Assembly (NCBI RefSeq): GCF_000372725.1
Contig: NW_005201286.1
Coordinates: forward strand, 292,105 to 349,176
Source: Emiliania huxleyi CCMP1516
Lineage: Eukaryota
DNA: 57,072 nt
Reading direction: 5' to 3'
Shown: one piece after another, positions 55,087 through 57,072 of the stretch
Layout: each line of letters opens with the position of its first letter
How positions within the stretch are numbered: the first letter of the stretch is position 1
Position numbers and translations under genes: made by a program
Notes under the pieces: model-generated
Database searches by the model: none
Told to the model about the DNA's origin: nothing
What the model saw: only the letters and a program-made list of their open reading frames with translations

Positions 55087-57072
55087 ATGGTTAAGGTCGC
55101 AGTCGCATTGGTCGCTTGTGCTGCGGTTGCCTCGGCGTTCTCTGCGGTGCCACAGGCAGGCAAGCCGCACATTGTCCTTATTCTCGCAGTTGACTACGGG
55201 CACGCAAATCTGGGCTACAACGCCCGCAAGACCGGCAACAAGCAGCTCATCGCCGAGACCAACACGCCGAATCTGGACGCGCTGATTGATGATGGTGTCT
55301 ACCTCAGTCAGCACTACTCGTACGCCGTCTGCGCGCCATCGCGCTCATCGCTCCAGAGTGGCCGCTTCGGCTCGCACGTGAATATGTTCAACACGGCGCC
55401 AGAGGCAGTGAACTCTGCGGATCCGATCAGCGGGTACGCTGGTATACCCGTCGCGATGACTGGCATGGCAGAGGTACTCAAGTCAGCTGGGTACCGCACG
55501 CACGGTGTGGGCAAATGGGACATTGGAATGGCAACTCCGGCGCACTCACCCTTTGGAAAGGGGTACGAAACGTTCATTGGGTATTACCAGCACGCCAACG
55601 ACTACTGGAACAAGCGAGGCTCGTTCTTAGCGACTGGCGAGGTCGACATGTGTCTCAGCCTGATGCTTGACTTCTTCTCGTACAATGAGACGTACCGCGG
55701 TGGTAACCCGAATCCTGGCCAGGTGACAGACTCGTGCAAATGCCAAGAGGGCACCGAAACCGGGTGTCAGAATGGCGGTGACGAAAATACATATCCGTCC
55801 TGCTTTGAGGAGACCATCTTTATGAACGCGGCGATGGACAGGATCCGCGCCCACGACACATCGCAACCTCAGCACCCTCTATTCCTTTTCCACTCTTTTC
55901 ACTTTCTTCACACGCCGCTGGAAGCGCCAATCGCGGCAATCCGTGAGCTCAACCAAACGATCCGTGACAAGGGCGGCGATCCAATTAATTTGGAGAGCCG
56001 ATTGATGTACAACTCCATGGTGCTGCTCATGGACAAGATTGTTGGCAGGCTCGTGCAAACGCTCGTGGGGAAGGGCATGTTCGAAAATACTCTCCTCGCG
56101 TTTCTCTCCGACAATGGCGGGCCAATCTACCTCCCGGCCGGAGCAAACAATTATCCCCTGAAAGGAGGCAAGTGGAGTGACTGGCAGGGGGGTGTGCTTG
56201 CGAATGCGTTCATCTCGGGTGGCGTGGTGCCCGCGTCGATTCGTGGAACCGTTCATGCGGGTATCTTCTCCATCGCTGATTGGTACACCACGTTCGCAGA
56301 GGTTGCCGGATTGTACGACAATGACGAGATGAAATACCCAGTGTCGCTCGACGACGGTGTGCTCGTAGACCAGAAAGCAAAGGCGGCGAATGATTGGATG
56401 GACGCCAACAGACTCGATGAAACAACCAACCCGCGCTTGCCTCCTTTGGACGGAGTCCCGCAGTGGGCAGCAATCCTGGCGGGGCGCGATGCGCGCGATG
56501 GGAATCCGATCCACATCTCACCACAGGCTCTGGTTTGGAAGCAAGACGCAGGTCTGCTTAAACTCGTCACCGGCAAACAGTATTTTGGTCGGCACGTGGG
56601 TCCAGTGTTCCCCAACTGCTCAACCTTGCAGAGCGGGCAGAACCTACAAGGACCGGCTCGCCAGACCGTCAAGTTTCTGGACATTCAGTACGAGCCCAGC
56701 ACAAACCAGGAGCAGATCGACACACTCACTTGGACAGAGGACTGCGGTGGCGGCTGCCTGTATGACCTCGCCTCGGATCCAACAGAGAGCAACGACCTCG
56801 CCTCGGATCCTGCCTTTGCCGTTGAGCTCGAGCGCATGCAGGCGAAGCTGGCGGCGCTCAACGCCACTCTGTTTTTGCCTAACCGTGGGGATCAGCCATC
56901 AACCGCTTGCGACTCCTTCATCAATCACGGCGGCTTCTACGGCCCGTTTATGGCTCTCGAGCAAACATCAGAGACGCACCAGTGGGGCTACGTCCCCGAT
57001 TTCTACAAGGGCGGAAGTCCACCCTGGCCGCTCGACAGGACCCCAGACGAGGTGCGCACAATGATCAGCATC
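55087..57072 (+). CDS. Secreted arylsulfatase (ARSB-like, formylglycine type), apparently intronless, running off the window end
   Basis: Signal peptide MVKVAVALVACAAVASA, KPHIVLILAVDYG, TPNLDAL, CAPSRSSLQSGR (CxPxR), GYRTHGVGKWD, SDNGG, NYPLKGGK and LYDLASDPTE. It is absent from the ORF track, consistent with no stop before the window end. Confidence 0.92.
   Translation, partial: MVKVAVALVACAAVASAFSAVPQAGKPHIVLILAVDYGHANLGYNARKTGNKQLIAETNTPNLDALIDDGVYLSQHYSYAVCAPSRSSLQSGRFGSHVNMFNTAPEAVNSADPISGYAGIPVAMTGMAEVLKSAGYRTHGVGKWDIGMATPAHSPFGKGYETFIGYYQHANDYWNKRGSFLATGEVDMCLSLMLDFFSYNETYRGGNPNPGQVTDSCKCQEGTETGCQNGGDENTYPSCFEETIFMNAAMDRIRAHDTSQPQHPLFLFHSFHFLHTPLEAPIAAIRELNQTIRDKGGDPINLESRLMYNSMVLLMDKIVGRLVQTLVGKGMFENTLLAFLSDNGGPIYLPAGANNYPLKGGKWSDWQGGVLANAFISGGVVPASIRGTVHAGIFSIADWYTTFAEVAGLYDNDEMKYPVSLDDGVLVDQKAKAANDWMDANRLDETTNPRLPPLDGVPQWAAILAGRDARDGNPIHISPQALVWKQDAGLLKLVTGKQYFGRHVGPVFPNCSTLQSGQNLQGPARQTVKFLDIQYEPSTNQEQIDTLTWTEDCGGGCLYDLASDPTESNDLASDPAFAVELERMQAKLAALNATLFLPNRGDQPSTACDSFINHGGFYGPFMALEQTSETHQWGYVPDFYKGGSPPWPLDRTPDEVRTMISI

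Noticed and set aside
1..57072. Hundreds of overlapping Arg/Ala/Pro-rich ORFs, including long antisense ORFs (e.g. 3828..5138, 31229..33223, 35762..37441)
   Set aside because: These are shadow frames expected at this GC content. They lack motifs and overlap better-supported genes.

Overview
GC-rich eukaryotic genomic DNA with three N-gaps. GC-AG introns, 10-11-bp intronic minisatellites, a Sec-type DsbA and a tripartite plastid-lumen presequence suggest a haptophyte such as Emiliania (Gephyrocapsa) huxleyi; this is an inference. About 18 host genes can be supported: two F-box-like/RCC1 paralogues, a tandem-HRDC protein, an NF-YB-type histone fold, a 2OG-Fe(II) dioxygenase probably fused to PBZ and GRF-like fingers, an ARM protein, a hevein-domain membrane protein, an FkbM methyltransferase, a UxxC DsbA selenoprotein with a SECIS candidate, a Cys-rich/TM/TIR receptor, an FG-GAP protein, a BRCA2-like DNA-binding-domain gene and an arylsulfatase. 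Mobile DNA comprises a ~12.7-kb intron-containing Helitron2/Helentron-type element (DUF6570-like, HUH Rep, PIF1) with extra domains inserted in RepHel, a truncated CRE-type non-LTR fragment, and several TIR elements/MITEs. The strongest cross-window pattern is that many introns begin with a 10-35-bp copy of the start of the next exon, followed by unrelated filler. This suggests ongoing duplication-driven intron birth that could explain the GC donors. All exon structures were read by eye and lack transcript support.
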